From positions 46,500,001 to 46,564,000 of the forward strand of contig OZ024753.1 of assembly GCA_964016885.1 (NCBI GenBank): DNA of 64,000 bases, written 5' to 3'. The stretch comes from Eledone cirrhosa (Eukaryota). Positions 14,770-26,946 of the stretch are shown piece by piece. The position numbers and the translations under genes were made by a program. Position 1 is the stretch's first letter. Every line of letters starts with the position of its first letter. The notes below the pieces were generated by a model, which ran no database searches, had not been told where the DNA came from, and saw only the letters and a program-made list of their open reading frames with translations.

Positions 14770-15021
14770 TAAAAGGTAAAAAGAAACAAATATAAAACAA
14801 ACGATACAGTACATGGAAATCTCTTCACTATCACTTCTTTCCCTCATGGCCTTTTGATGGATAAAAGGCCTTGGGCGCGCTACGGATCGATGTTCTGTTT
14901 AAAGTGCCGAAGTAAACAGCTGACGAAGGGGAAATTTTCTTCTCTTGTTTACGTCCCAATTACTTCTAACAATTCGTTTTTAGTAACCACACAGCCTCGC
15001 CTCTTTACCTGTATTTTTACA

Positions 15022-15022
<1 letters not shown>
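14770..15022 (+). mobile_element. Short (TA)n-embedded element carrying a pseudoknotted RNA motif (14838-14934)
   Basis: Flanked by TA tracts. Stems TTTCCCT/GGGGAAA, GGCCTTTT/AAAAGGCC, GGCGC/GTGCC and CTGTTTA/TAAACAG, then CTGACGAA. Confidence 0.6.
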
Positions 15023-15083
<61 letters not shown>

Positions 15084-15169
15084 CTTCCGTCGGAGGGATG
15101 TTGTAACTTCAGGTTAATGAACAGCCTTGACCGACTTTCACATCCTACCACCACCATCACAATAACTCC

Positions 15170-15310
15170 CACAGCCCTTTGAGTATACTGGAGCAACGTG
15201 AAATGAAATGTTTGTGCTCAAGAACACAATACACAATCCAATCCAGGAATTGAACCCACGACATTATGATCATAAGTCCAACACGCCGCTAGATCACACA
15301 TCTCCACTAT
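15170..15310 (-). mobile_element. tRNA-derived SINE fragment
   Basis: Similar to 10010-10250; minus strand B-box gggttcaattcc. Confidence 0.7.
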
Positions 15311-16981
15311 TTAAAACAAACCTGAAGTTATTGAGAAAAAATGGAACTTACGGATGTCCAAGCTCGTAAATAAAACAGTCAGAAGAACAAAGCCAACTAT
15401 AAACTCTAGTAGCTCTAAGACATTATATTTCCTGACTTTTATTCTGTAAACCAACCACCAACCCACGTTAATTACCAGTATGGAGGAAGACGTTATTAAT
15501 CTGCAACTGTCATTTAACATAGTTTCTGTATAATGATAAACAATACTATATCTAAGTCTCTGATATGTTGTACTTAAAACCAATAATTGCGTGTGACTGC
15601 TCGCCTACATATGTGTGTATGTATGTATGTGTGTGTGAGAGAAAGAAAGAGAGAGAGAGAGAGAGAGAGGGGGGGGGACTGTAGCTTGTTTAAAATCTAT
15701 AATTAAATGTGATGCGTATATTGAATGATATTGATGACAATAGCTACAACCCCATCAACCTCTGAATGTAGGACAACAGTCACATGTGGTATTAATACAC
15801 CCCATCGACCTCTGTATGTAGCTCAGCTTCCTCATGTGGCGTCATTAACCAGGACTCATCAACCTCTGTATGTAGGTCATCAACCTCATGTGGCAATGTT
15901 ATCTACAAACCATCATCATCTGATTGTAGGTCAACAATCCCATGTGGTTAACCAGGACATAAATTAACCTACTAGCATAAATACAGACCAAATGTATCGA
16001 CGTCTCTTCCAATGTTGATCTGTGTCACTAACAAAGACATTTGATTATCCACGGTCCAGATAATTTACTGTAAATATAGGTTTATTTCATAATATAGATT
16101 TAATATAGATTTATTTGAAGTTGGCCTACTGCCAGCTTTCTGGCATGGAGAATAACAAAGGGGCTATCGGTAATTAATTCGTCTCGTTGGTGTGTTATTT
16201 GTAAAATGGTATTTCATTTTATTTTTATTGACTGCTCATGAAATTTAAACTCAGAGCGGGGGGGGGGGGGGTAGAAGACAGAGGACTGATACGAGAGGAG
16301 TGGGAGGGGAGAAGACAGAGGACTGGTACGAGAGGAATGGGAGGGGAGACAGGGGACTCTTACGAAGTGGGTGGGAGGGGTGACTGACGACTTGTACGAG
16401 GGAGGTGATATCCTCAAACCGAGAACCTGGCCCGAATTTTTACAGGTGGTGGTGGTGGTGGCGGTAAGCAGGATGATAGATTAACTCTACCATCCAACCA
16501 GGCCACAATCAGATTTGAACTCTGAACGCAATGAACCAGAACAAAACAGTGCAAGACATTTTCAGACTCCTTAACAATTCCGTTAGCCCCGAAAGTAGAA
16601 AAGTTAAAGATGATATCTTCGACATTTGAACAGGAATCCGGAACAAACTCTCTCAATAAATGTAATAGAGTTAAACCATGAAGTATATTTTAATTAGTAT
16701 ATCATCTTATTGGTGAAAGTAAATATCGATTACCGTGGAGTTTGAACTTAAAGAAAATAAATATTGATTTTTTTTTGATTTTTTTTTTTACGTTTTCAGT
16801 TCAAATCCCGTCGAGATCAACTTTACATTTCATCCTTCCAGGGTAGACATGATAAAGTACCAGTCAAATACTAGGGTCAATTTAATCGATCCTCTACATT
16901 ATTCTGCCATGGGGGGGAGGGTGAAACTATTAAAAAGAAAGAAAAGGGAAGAAAAATGAAAAAAAAAGGAAAAAGTGATAC

Positions 16982-17075
16982 TAGTAATTCTACCAAGTTA
17001 TAGTAATTACTTCTACCAAGTTATAGTAATTACTTCTACCAAGTTATAGTAATTATTTCTACCAAGTTATAGTAG
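16982..17075. repeat. 23-bp tandem repeat x4 (TTCTACCAAGTTATAGTAATTAC)
   Basis: Direct inspection. Confidence 0.9.
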
Positions 17076-18149
17076 AATAGCAAAACTGACAGACAGTCTC
17101 AGACCGGAAGTGATGTGCCGATCCCGCCAGTTCTTACAATTTACCACCACCCACCCAACATCACCACCACTACCACCATTGCAACACCACCATACTCATC
17201 TCAGCACCACCACCACTTCAACACCATCGCTTCCTGACATGTTCAGCTGTAAGGAATGTAAACAGTACTGACATACAAGATTACATTACAACACACACAC
17301 AGAGACACATTCACACTTACACACACACACAGACACACACACACACACATTCAAACACATTCAAACACATTCACACACACATATTTCCATACACTTTCTC
17401 TTTCTTAGCATCAATTAGTAGCTACAACTTTAGAATTCTTCTGGAGATAGTTTTACATAACTATACATGCAACAACGAGCAATATCGACGTCACCACCAC
17501 TACCACCACTACCACCACTACCACCACCACTACCATCACCATTACCACCACCACTACCACCACTACACTACTACCACCACCACTACCACCACCACCATTA
17601 GCACCACCACTACCACCAACACTACCACCACCACTACCACCACCACTACCACCACCACAACCACCACCACAACCACCACGACTACCACCACCACCACTAC
17701 AACCACCACCACTACCACCACCACTACCACCATCACTACCACCATCACTACCACCACCATCACCACCAATATCATCATCACCATTATCACCATTATCATT
17801 ATTATACTGCCAGAGTATATCAGCTGCGGTTTTTGTCCTGCACCACAAAATCCCTAAGACAGAGACCAGTGTCTGTGGGCCAGAGCTCAAGTATACCCTC
17901 TCATCTCTCCCACGATCTATTTATCTCATTCACTCACCCCTCATTCCCTCTCACTTCTATCTATCTATCTATCTATCTATCTATGTTATTGCCTCCTCCT
18001 TATTGAGGACGCCTTTTTATGTAAACTCCCCCCATTGTACTTATCCCACTCTTTGACGCCCTGGTGGCAAATAAAAAGAAAGTTATCTATGTTATCTATC
18101 TATCTATCTATCTATCCATCTATCTGTCTATCTATTTATCTCATCTCTA

Positions 18150-18412
18150 GCTGTAGGTACTAGAGATGGTGGAGATCCTGGTCTTGGGTTCAATCCTGTT
18201 ATTTTACATCCCATAGAAAAAAAAACTGAAAAGGTTTATTGAGAACCCTACTCCCGACCAGCATCACCGCCGTCTATGACGTTTCCAACTATGCCACCGA
18301 GACAACGGCAAAGGTATAATGAAACTTAATAATTATAAACCTACTTTCAAAATCAAAGTTAAAAAGATGTGGTGTCGTTCATGGCTTTCCTAGAGCTATT
18401 AGTCGACTTGTC
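18150..18412. repeat. Partial diverged copy of 19840-20150
   Basis: Shares cccatagaaaaaaaactgaaaaggtt...gaaccctactcccgaccag...tcaaagttaaaa...catggctttcctagagctattagt. Confidence 0.85.
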
Positions 18413-18497
18413 AATCTTCTGGCTCTTTGGTAACAACCTATTATTCCTATGGGTGTTTAACTGTTGAATTAATATAATTTGAATATTTTAACAAACA

Positions 18498-18589
<92 letters not shown>

Positions 18590-18908
18590 GCGGACTGGCC
18601 AGGTTGCCCGATGGCAAGTGAGCCCCAGGGGATACATGGTAGCATTGCAGGAGTCCACAGTAGCATTGTAGGGCCCACTGTAGTATTTTAGCTTTCAAAA
18701 AATTCCTGAAGTCTAAGAGAAAGAATAAATTTATTTTTTAATAAAGCAATTAAGCAAAGCATTTGATCAACCAATTCCCCAGAGAATAAATAGAAACCAA
18801 AATATATGATAGTGCAAATAGCTGGAATCAGTGGTTGTACATTCTACTAAGTCTAAAGCTTAGTGTATTCATTGATGCATGCAAAAATACATATATAGAC
18901 ACACAGAA

Positions 18909-18980
<72 letters not shown>

Positions 18981-18987
<7 letters not shown>

Positions 18988-19578
18988 GAGAAAAAAGAAG
19001 AATACTGCGTGGTTGCACATAGGTTACATATGATAAAAATAGTCCTTCGTCGGTGATTTTCCAACCATCATTGGTATTTCATCACATTAAAAATCAGATA
19101 CCTCAGGTTGGTGCGAGCAATAACTAAAAAAAGTTATTGGGACCAGTAAATCGCGTAAAGCGAGGGGCACAAGTGAACAACATAGAAGGATAAAAGCAAA
19201 CCAAAGAAAGGAAATAACCAAGCAACATGGTAGTCCTGGTCAGCATAATCTGGGTGGATTTCATGAGCGAAAGGTACAGACACGTCCAGCGTGAGTGGGA
19301 TGTAAGCAAGAAGAGGCCCACTGTTAGCCAAACGGGAGGAAGTGAGAAGGAGAGAAACAGAGAGCGAATGAGTGGAAGTGCGAATAAGCGGTCAGTCGAG
19401 AGAAAGTGTAACTGACAGAGGGGGCGAAAGAAGGTGAGAGAAACAGAGAGAACGGGGAAGCAGTAAGAGAGAAACAGACAAACGCAGCCGAGGTGAATAT
19501 ATATAAAAAACATAAGAAGAAAGAAGAATACTGCGTGGTTGCACATAGGTTACATATGATAAAAATAGTCCTTCGTCG

Positions 19579-19582
<4 letters not shown>
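18981..19582 (-). mobile_element. About 600-bp (TA)n-embedded element with a roughly 65-bp terminal direct repeat (Penelope pLTR/retrozyme-like layout)
   Basis: aaagaagaatactgcgtggttgcacataggttacatatgataaaaatagtccttcgtcggtg at about 18993-19055 and 19520-19581; TA tracts on both sides. Confidence 0.75.
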
Positions 19583-19634
<52 letters not shown>

Positions 19635-19774
19635 GGGGGGGTGAAAGACCAAAGGTCATCATTGAAAGTCTCTGGATTTCGCAAAATGCATATTTTTTAT
19701 TGGAGGAAGGTAAGATATTTTCTCGCAAAAATTTGATTGCACGATTTTGTTTCCACAACAGTTTGTGTGGAAAA

Positions 19775-20083
19775 TTTTGAAAATAGGTTTATAAGTATGA
19801 ATTTTCATGAGATTTTTGTAGCTGTCTCAGTGGCCTAGCGGTAGGGACTAGAGATAGTGGCGATATTGGCCTTGGGTTCAATCCTGGTGAACATATAACA
19901 TTTTTCAGTTTTTTGTTTTACAACCCATAGAAAAAAAACTGAAAAGGTTCACTGGGAACCCTACTCCCGACCAGGATTGAACTTCAGACCCAGATCACCG
20001 CCGTCTATGATTCTTCCAACTCGGCCACCGAGACAGCTACAACAGTATAATGAAAATTGATAATTATAAACCTACTTTCAAAA
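19775..20083. repeat. Inverted pair of tRNA-like (Pol III A/B box) units
   Basis: 19775-19890 aligns with the reverse complement of 19965-20083; each arm has TGGCC.AG..G and GTTCAATCC. Confidence 0.75.
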
Positions 20084-21327
20084 TCAAAGTTAAAACCATG
20101 TGGTGTCGTTCATGGCTTTCCTAGAGCTATTAGTAATATTTAGGGTCGACTTCTGGTCGTTATTGAAAGTCTCTGGATTTCGCAAAATACATAATATTTT
20201 TTATTGGGGAAGGTAAGATATTTTTCCGCAAGAATTTGATTGCACTGTTTTGTTTCCACTTATGTATTTTTTGAAAATGTTATTTATTCATTATAAAAAT
20301 TAAATGATAGCATTCTATATGTAGGTGGGCCCCCTTCATCTCCTGGCAACCAATATTTTTAGACCCAATCCGCCACTGTCTATGACTATCTCTTTTCTAA
20401 CTATCTATCGATCGTTGTCCGAGTGTGAATTGTAATTACCACAGAATGGTTCCTCGATCTCTAAATAAATGTATTTTTTATTACTTGGTATACATGGCAA
20501 CTATGTTATTGTTTTCCTTGGTACTCAGAGTTTCATGATGAAGTCCTATCGTAACATATTAATCTACTGCGCAACATCAGTCGTCAGACTTGGCTAAAAC
20601 AATATATCGATATATCTATGATGTCTATGTAGCCATCTACCTATGTAGCTAAGCGATGACCCCCGCCACACAAACCTTCTTATAGTGTTGTCATTGTTTA
20701 ACCCCAGGTCAACCTTGATTAGGCTTAAGATGAACGACATTCCAGTCATGACTGTCATCTATGATCACAATATTTCACGTGTCCTTTCATTGATTTTATA
20801 TTTTTTCTAAAGGTCGCTTTTTTCTTTGTGTTTGTTGCTTATTTTAAATGTGCGTGCAATGTTTGTGTGCGTGTGTAGGCACGTGTGCCGTGTGCAAGCA
20901 TGTGTGCGTTTGCATGTGCGTGTGCATGCGCGTATGCATATATGTGTGTGGGGAGGATGTGTGATCAATGCTCAGAATTAAAAGATGCAATATTCACGTG
21001 GATTGTGTGCTAAAACTTCAGTTATCTTAATGAAACATCTCTTCAATGAAGACCAACATTTTCTTGTTTTTCATCTCCGTTTTTCCCCGCCACCTATTTC
21101 TTACGGTAGTTTTTCAGGCAATACATTGCATTGCCTGGGCGATTCAATTCAATACTTATGTCAGGGAAATGGGTGGGATGTGACAAATCTTTTTCAAAGC
21201 TTAACCTTTAAGTATCTTCTTAATGTTTATCTATCAGCTGTCTAAAAACGGTTTGCTACTTAATATTTTAATAATCATATTTCTAAAGAAACGGCGTGCT
21301 TAACAGTTTAACTATCATTCCTATGAA

Positions 21328-21393
<66 letters not shown>

Positions 21394-21689
21394 CACACGG
21401 TACTTAACGGTTAACAATCAGCTGTCTAAAGATACCAGATACTTAACATTTAAACTATTTGCTGTTTAAAGAGGCAGAGTACTTAACCTTTTCACTTTCA
21501 ATTGTAAAAAAAAAGAAACGAAAGAGGCCCAAAACGTGTTGTTGAGGTTGTCTATAAATCAACGTTGTCTACGTCAAATGAAACATTCATCGCTTTACAT
21601 TTGTTGTTTGTCTAGAAACGTCCAATGTAATTTATTTCATTGGTTGAATACTCAGAGCCGAACACTGTGTGTCTGGTTGTAACTTGTCA

Positions 21690-22070
21690 CTAGGCCCGTG
21701 TAAAGCTGGTAATAGGATCAGGCCAGGTGTGAAATGTAGGCCCGCGTAAAGCTGGTAATGGGACCAGATGTGAAATGAAGGCTTCCAAAGCTGTTAATAA
21801 GACCAGACCAGATGTGAAATATAGGCCCGTGTAAAGCTGGTGATATGACCAAACCAGATGTGAAATGTAGGCCCGTGTAAAGCTGGTGATATGACCAGAC
21901 CAGATGTGAAATGAAGGCTTCCAAAGCTGTTAATAAGACCAGACCAGATGTGAAATATAGGCCCGTGTAAAGCTGGTGATATGACCAAACCAGATGTGAA
22001 ATGAAGGCTAGTTGTAAAATATATGCTCCGAAGTTGGTAATATGCCCAAGCCAGATGTAAAAAAGAAGCC
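21690..22070. repeat. About 45-bp tandem repeat (ACCAGATGTGAAAT...GGCCCGTGTAAAGCTGGT)
   Basis: Direct inspection; a related sequence lies in reverse orientation at about 28760-28855. Confidence 0.9.
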
Positions 22071-22375
22071 TCATTTCTCGCTGCTCGTTAAATATTTTAG
22101 TAATAGATACTTTCAAATCTAACACTGGACACATTTATGTAACCTTTTTGATACCAAACCAACTAAAGCAGCCCTTGGTATTACAATACAAATCAATATG
22201 TTGTAATCCTGAGTACAATGGGGGGAAATCTAGGCTGACCATGGTTAGAATGTCTTTGATCATAAGGTACTCTGTATCTCGATCCCACAGACTCTCTCAC
22301 TTTGTCTGTATATCTATATCATTCTTTGAGCTACACCTTTCTCTCTATCTCTCTGATTTCCTCTTTGTCTCTGAG

Positions 22376-22463
<88 letters not shown>

Positions 22464-22499
22464 ATGTGTGTAACCCGCATCTGTCTCTCGCTCATTCAG

Positions 22500-23158
22500 T
22501 TTCTGTCTGTCTCTGAACCCTGGATGTCTGTGTCTGTCACTGAACCACGTCAATCTGTCTGTGTGTCTGCCACTGAACCACGTCAGTCTGTCTGTGTGTC
22601 TGCCACTGAACCACGTCAATCTGTCTGTGTGTCTGCCACTGAACCACGTCAATCTGTCTGTGTGTCTGCCACTGAACCACGTCAGTCTGTCTGTGTGTCT
22701 GTCACTGAACCACGTCTGTATGTGTGTCTGCCACTGAACCACGTCAATCTGTCTGTGTGTCTGCCACTGAACCACGTCAATCTGTCTGTGTGTCTGCCAC
22801 TGAACCACGTCAGTCTGCCTGTGTCTGTCACTGAACCACGTCTGTCTGTGTGTCTGTCACTGAACCACGTCTGTCTGTGTGTCTGTCACTGAACCACGTC
22901 AGTCTGTCTGTGTGTCTGTCACTGAACCACGTCTGTCTGTGTGTCTGTCACTGAGCCACGTCAGTCTGTCTGTGTGTCTGTCTCTGAACCACGTCTGTCT
23001 GTGTGTCTGTCACTGAACCACGTCTGTCTGTGTGTCTGTCACTGAACCACGTCAGTCTGTCTGTGTGTCTGTCACTGAACCACGTCTGTATGTGTGTCTG
23101 TCACTGAGCCACGTCAGTCTGTCTGTGTGTCCGTCACTGAGCCACGTCTGTCTGTGTC
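22500..23158. repeat. About 29-33-bp minisatellite (CACTGAACCACGTC...TGTGTGTCTG)
   Basis: About 20 units. Confidence 0.95.
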
Positions 23159-24281
23159 CATGGCTACCAACCATGTGATATTCTAACAAACATAAAAACA
23201 CCCCCCCCCCCCTACCACAGCTGACATCCAATAATACATTTTTAGAACGACTTTTATTTCCATCTTCCTCCTTCCTGTCTCTTGGAACCCACCATTCCCT
23301 ACCTCCCTACCTCCCTACCTCCCACAGTTAGCTCCCTAAACCTTCACTCCCTTTCTAGTTACTGCTCTAATATTCATCGCTACAGCTACTGTTCCGAGCA
23401 CCCTTACCCCGCCACCACCCTGAGCACCCTACATCGCCATCACCGCTCCAGGACCCAACACCACGACCCCCACTGCTCTGAGCATTACCTAAATGGAGGC
23501 CTCTCTAAGGTTGCAAAGACTTGCTAGAAGTAGCAGCCATATTTCCCTCAATTCATATATTTTCTACCATCTTCGGAAAGGTCACCTTAGCTAGATGTTG
23601 TCTAAGCATAGAATGACAGACAAAAGACGGGATGACCACGGCTGGAATGTGTTTGGTGATAGATCTACACCATTAAAGTTGACCTTGGGTTAAACATCCA
23701 CCAGCTCCCTATTTCTTGAACATTCTAACTCCTGAGAACCGCCACCACCATCACTGCTACCACCACAATGGTTTACCTACTCACTCCTCTACCTGGATAG
23801 CGTGTATATATGTGTGTGTTGTGTGTGCACGTGTGTGTGTGTGTGTACGCGCACTTGTGTGTGTGTGTGCGTGTGTGTGTGTGTACACGCACTTGTCTGT
23901 GTGTGTGTACACGCACTTGTCTGTGTGTGTGTACACGCACTTGTCTGTGTGTGTATGCGTGTCTGTCTGCAGTGTGTCTGTGTGTGTTGGCACACTTCTC
24001 CTAAATTATCCCTGTGTCTGTTCCGTGAATATACCGACTTATAGTTAGTTCCATATAAATACCAGACAGAGAGAGGGGGAGAGAAGGGGAGACACAGAAA
24101 GGGAGAGAGGTAGAGACACAGAGAGAGAGGGGGGGAGAGAAGGATATAAGGACAGAGAGGGAGAGAGAGATAATGTGAACCGTATTTTCCACAATTTTTT
24201 CCAACTGTGACTCATCCATACGTACCGTCACCATGACAACAATGAGTGCAACAACAGCAGCAGCTGCATCAACACCATCAC

Positions 24282-24329
<48 letters not shown>

Positions 24330-24430
24330 CAGTAGCAGAAGTAGTAATAGCAATCGTAGTAGTAGCAGCAGCTGCATTATTAGTAACAGTAGTAGTAATA
24401 GTAGTGGTAGTAGTAGTAGTAGCAGAAGTG

Positions 24431-24487
<57 letters not shown>

Positions 24488-24499
24488 ATAGTAACAATT

Positions 24500-24534
<35 letters not shown>

Positions 24535-24640
24535 TGGTTGTTTACAATGATGTCAAGAAATTATATGCGTGTCCATGTGTAAAGATTCATGCACACCTAC
24601 ATATACCGTGTGTGGGGTGTGTATATATTAATATATATAT

Positions 24641-24750
<110 letters not shown>

Positions 24751-25308
24751 GGTGGAGAGAGACATGTGTACATGTGTATATACACACATGTGTGTGTGTG
24801 TGTGCAGATTTGTGCATGTGTTGTACATAGAGACATGTTTATGTGTAAAAGAGAATATGCAGTGGAGAGAGGGAGAGAGAGGGGGGAGACGAGAGGGAGA
24901 CAGAGAGAGAGGGAGAGAGACTTTTGTATAAAGAACTCTGTAGTAGAACTATTTACTATTACCGAATATATGGAAGGAAGCCAACATAGGTACCTTTATC
25001 TGGTCAGCCAGTATGGTGGAAATAATAGCGAAATCTCCTTTAAACCACACCCTCAGTAGTGTCTGTGTTTTAATTGATACATTAAAGAATGTAGATTTAG
25101 AGATCAACTATTCTGGTAGGAAAGAAAGAAAAAATAAACTAGTTGGTCATAACTGGAACACATCTTTCATCAAAGGGCAGCTTGATCAGAGCTGACTTTA
25201 GACTAAACAACATATTGAAGATGGTGTGAAGATCTCTGATGTTGTTTAGATCAATAATTGATTTAAGGTTTTTAATTAATTCTTAGTTACACTATATATA
25301 TATATTGT

Positions 25309-25349
<41 letters not shown>

Positions 25350-25464
25350 TGTGTGTGTATGTGTGTATGTGTTTGTGTCTCTGTGTGTGTACAAATGTAA
25401 AACTAATGTGTGTGTTTTTGCATGTTTACCTTGTCTATTCTTGAAACATATATATATGTATATA

Positions 25465-25524
<60 letters not shown>

Positions 25525-25904
25525 TTAGCGAGAATCGCATTTCGGCGGGTAGAAATTAGCGAAACGCAACTTCCGTATTGTTTAGACAAGCGCTCCATGG
25601 ATATGAAGATACCAGAGCTATAAACATAAGTTTAAAAGGTCATACAAACTGAGACGATGGTTAAGAAGCCATTAACCACCAGAGCCAAGAAAGCGAACAA
25701 GCTAAACGGGTCAAACAAAATAAGATATATATATATAAACATATACATACACATAAGCAACTAAGCTCGCCTCCTCACTCTTTCTTACATCTTCCACAGT
25801 TTATTGTGTCTATCTGAAGATTTGTTGACACACTGACGGTATTACATAATTACCTCAAAATAATGAAAGAACTGTAGAAAATAAAACACACACATATTAT
25901 ACAT

Positions 25905-25956
<52 letters not shown>

Positions 25957-25957
<1 letters not shown>

Positions 25958-26715
25958 GTTATCACGATAAATTAACGGCGGCATAGGCCCTCGCTATTCC
26001 CTGTAAATAATGTGCTCAAAGGAGAAGAGATCCTGAGCTCTTTAAAATACAATATGTTGAAAAGGTAACACACCAGAGAGAGATACAGTGCGTTATCAAT
26101 AATACAGGGAAAAAAACCACCAGTGTATGGAATCTATAACCTATGAAAGGCAGACTATAGACATGATAATTAAACATATAAATTAAAACGTAAATAAATA
26201 CCTCTGTAACTATATAACACAGGTACAAATCCAAAGATATGTTTCACCAGAAATTTGTTGAAAGAAATGGGTTAGTCTTGGTTCATCAGCGTGTGTAAGG
26301 CTATACATTTCAGACAACACTAAGAGAATTTTAAAATTGACTGTCCAGCTACACGTCGGAGAGAGAAGTCACAGCGTTTTTAAGGGCAGTGAACCAGTGG
26401 CCTCTGAGGGACGAACTGCTAGAAAGGGCAGCCCAAAGCCACTCAGAGAAGTGTGCTCAACCAAACAGAAATAGGAAAGTCTATTATTAGGAGCGAAATA
26501 TCACGATAAATTAACGGAAGCATAGGCCCTCGCTATTCCCTGTAAATAATGTGCTCAAAGGAGAAGAGGTCCTGAGCTCTTTAAAATACAATATGTTGAA
26601 AAGGTAACACACCAGAAAGAGATACAGTGCGTTATCAATAATACAGGGAAAAAACCACCAGTGTATGGAATCACTGTGAAAGAAATGGGTTAGTCTCGGT
26701 TCATCAGCGTGCGTA
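25957..26715 (-). mobile_element. TA-flanked element with a roughly 175-bp direct repeat and degenerate HHR-like motif (26236-26289)
   Basis: About 25960-26153 is repeated at 26499-26672. Minus strand CTGATGA-ACCA...TGGT-GAAAC-AT-ATC; stem I is not paired. Confidence 0.6.
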
Positions 26716-26716
26716 T

Positions 26717-26910
26717 ATAGGAAAGAGTAGGACCCCGACGGCTGAGCTCAAGCCGTTTCGACGGCTAATTCTGAGTCCAGAATTAGCCGTTTCGACGGCT
26801 TGAGCTCAGCCGTCGGGGTCCTACTCGTTCCTATTACCCACTCTACTACCCTAAGTATTGAGTACTTTGGTGCGTTATGGTCCACCTGGCTCCTTACCAC
26901 ATTTCCTTCG

Positions 26911-26912
<2 letters not shown>
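26717..26912 (+). mobile_element. Fold-back element with the 3' half of an HHR and a conserved tail; same family as 33590-33801
   Basis: Palindrome 26717-26834 centred on agtc (26774-26777), followed by a tail containing gtattgagtac and then (TA)n. Confidence 0.8.

Positions 26913-26946
<34 letters not shown>

Larger units (their letters stand above)
18585..20378. mobile_element. Putative non-autonomous TIR DNA transposon (hAT-like ends) with nested insertions
   Basis: Left end (t)AGTGGCGGACTGG; right end reverse complement CAGTGGCGGATTGG; no transposase ORF. The hAT assignment is inference from TIR style only. Confidence 0.55.

Noticed and set aside
14838-14934. Assignment to HDV-like, twister, pistol or hatchet ribozyme classes
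   Set aside because: Lacks the P3/L3/P1.1 arrangement of HDV and the conserved residues of the other classes; left unassigned.
19818-19890. Possible tRNA gene
   Set aside because: A/B boxes are present but no convincing cloverleaf; it is part of a repeat.
20560-20590. CTGACGA on the minus strand with a short stem
   Set aside because: No GAAA or stem I/III; CTGATGA at about 2237, 2506, 43509 and 54669 likewise lacks hammerhead context.
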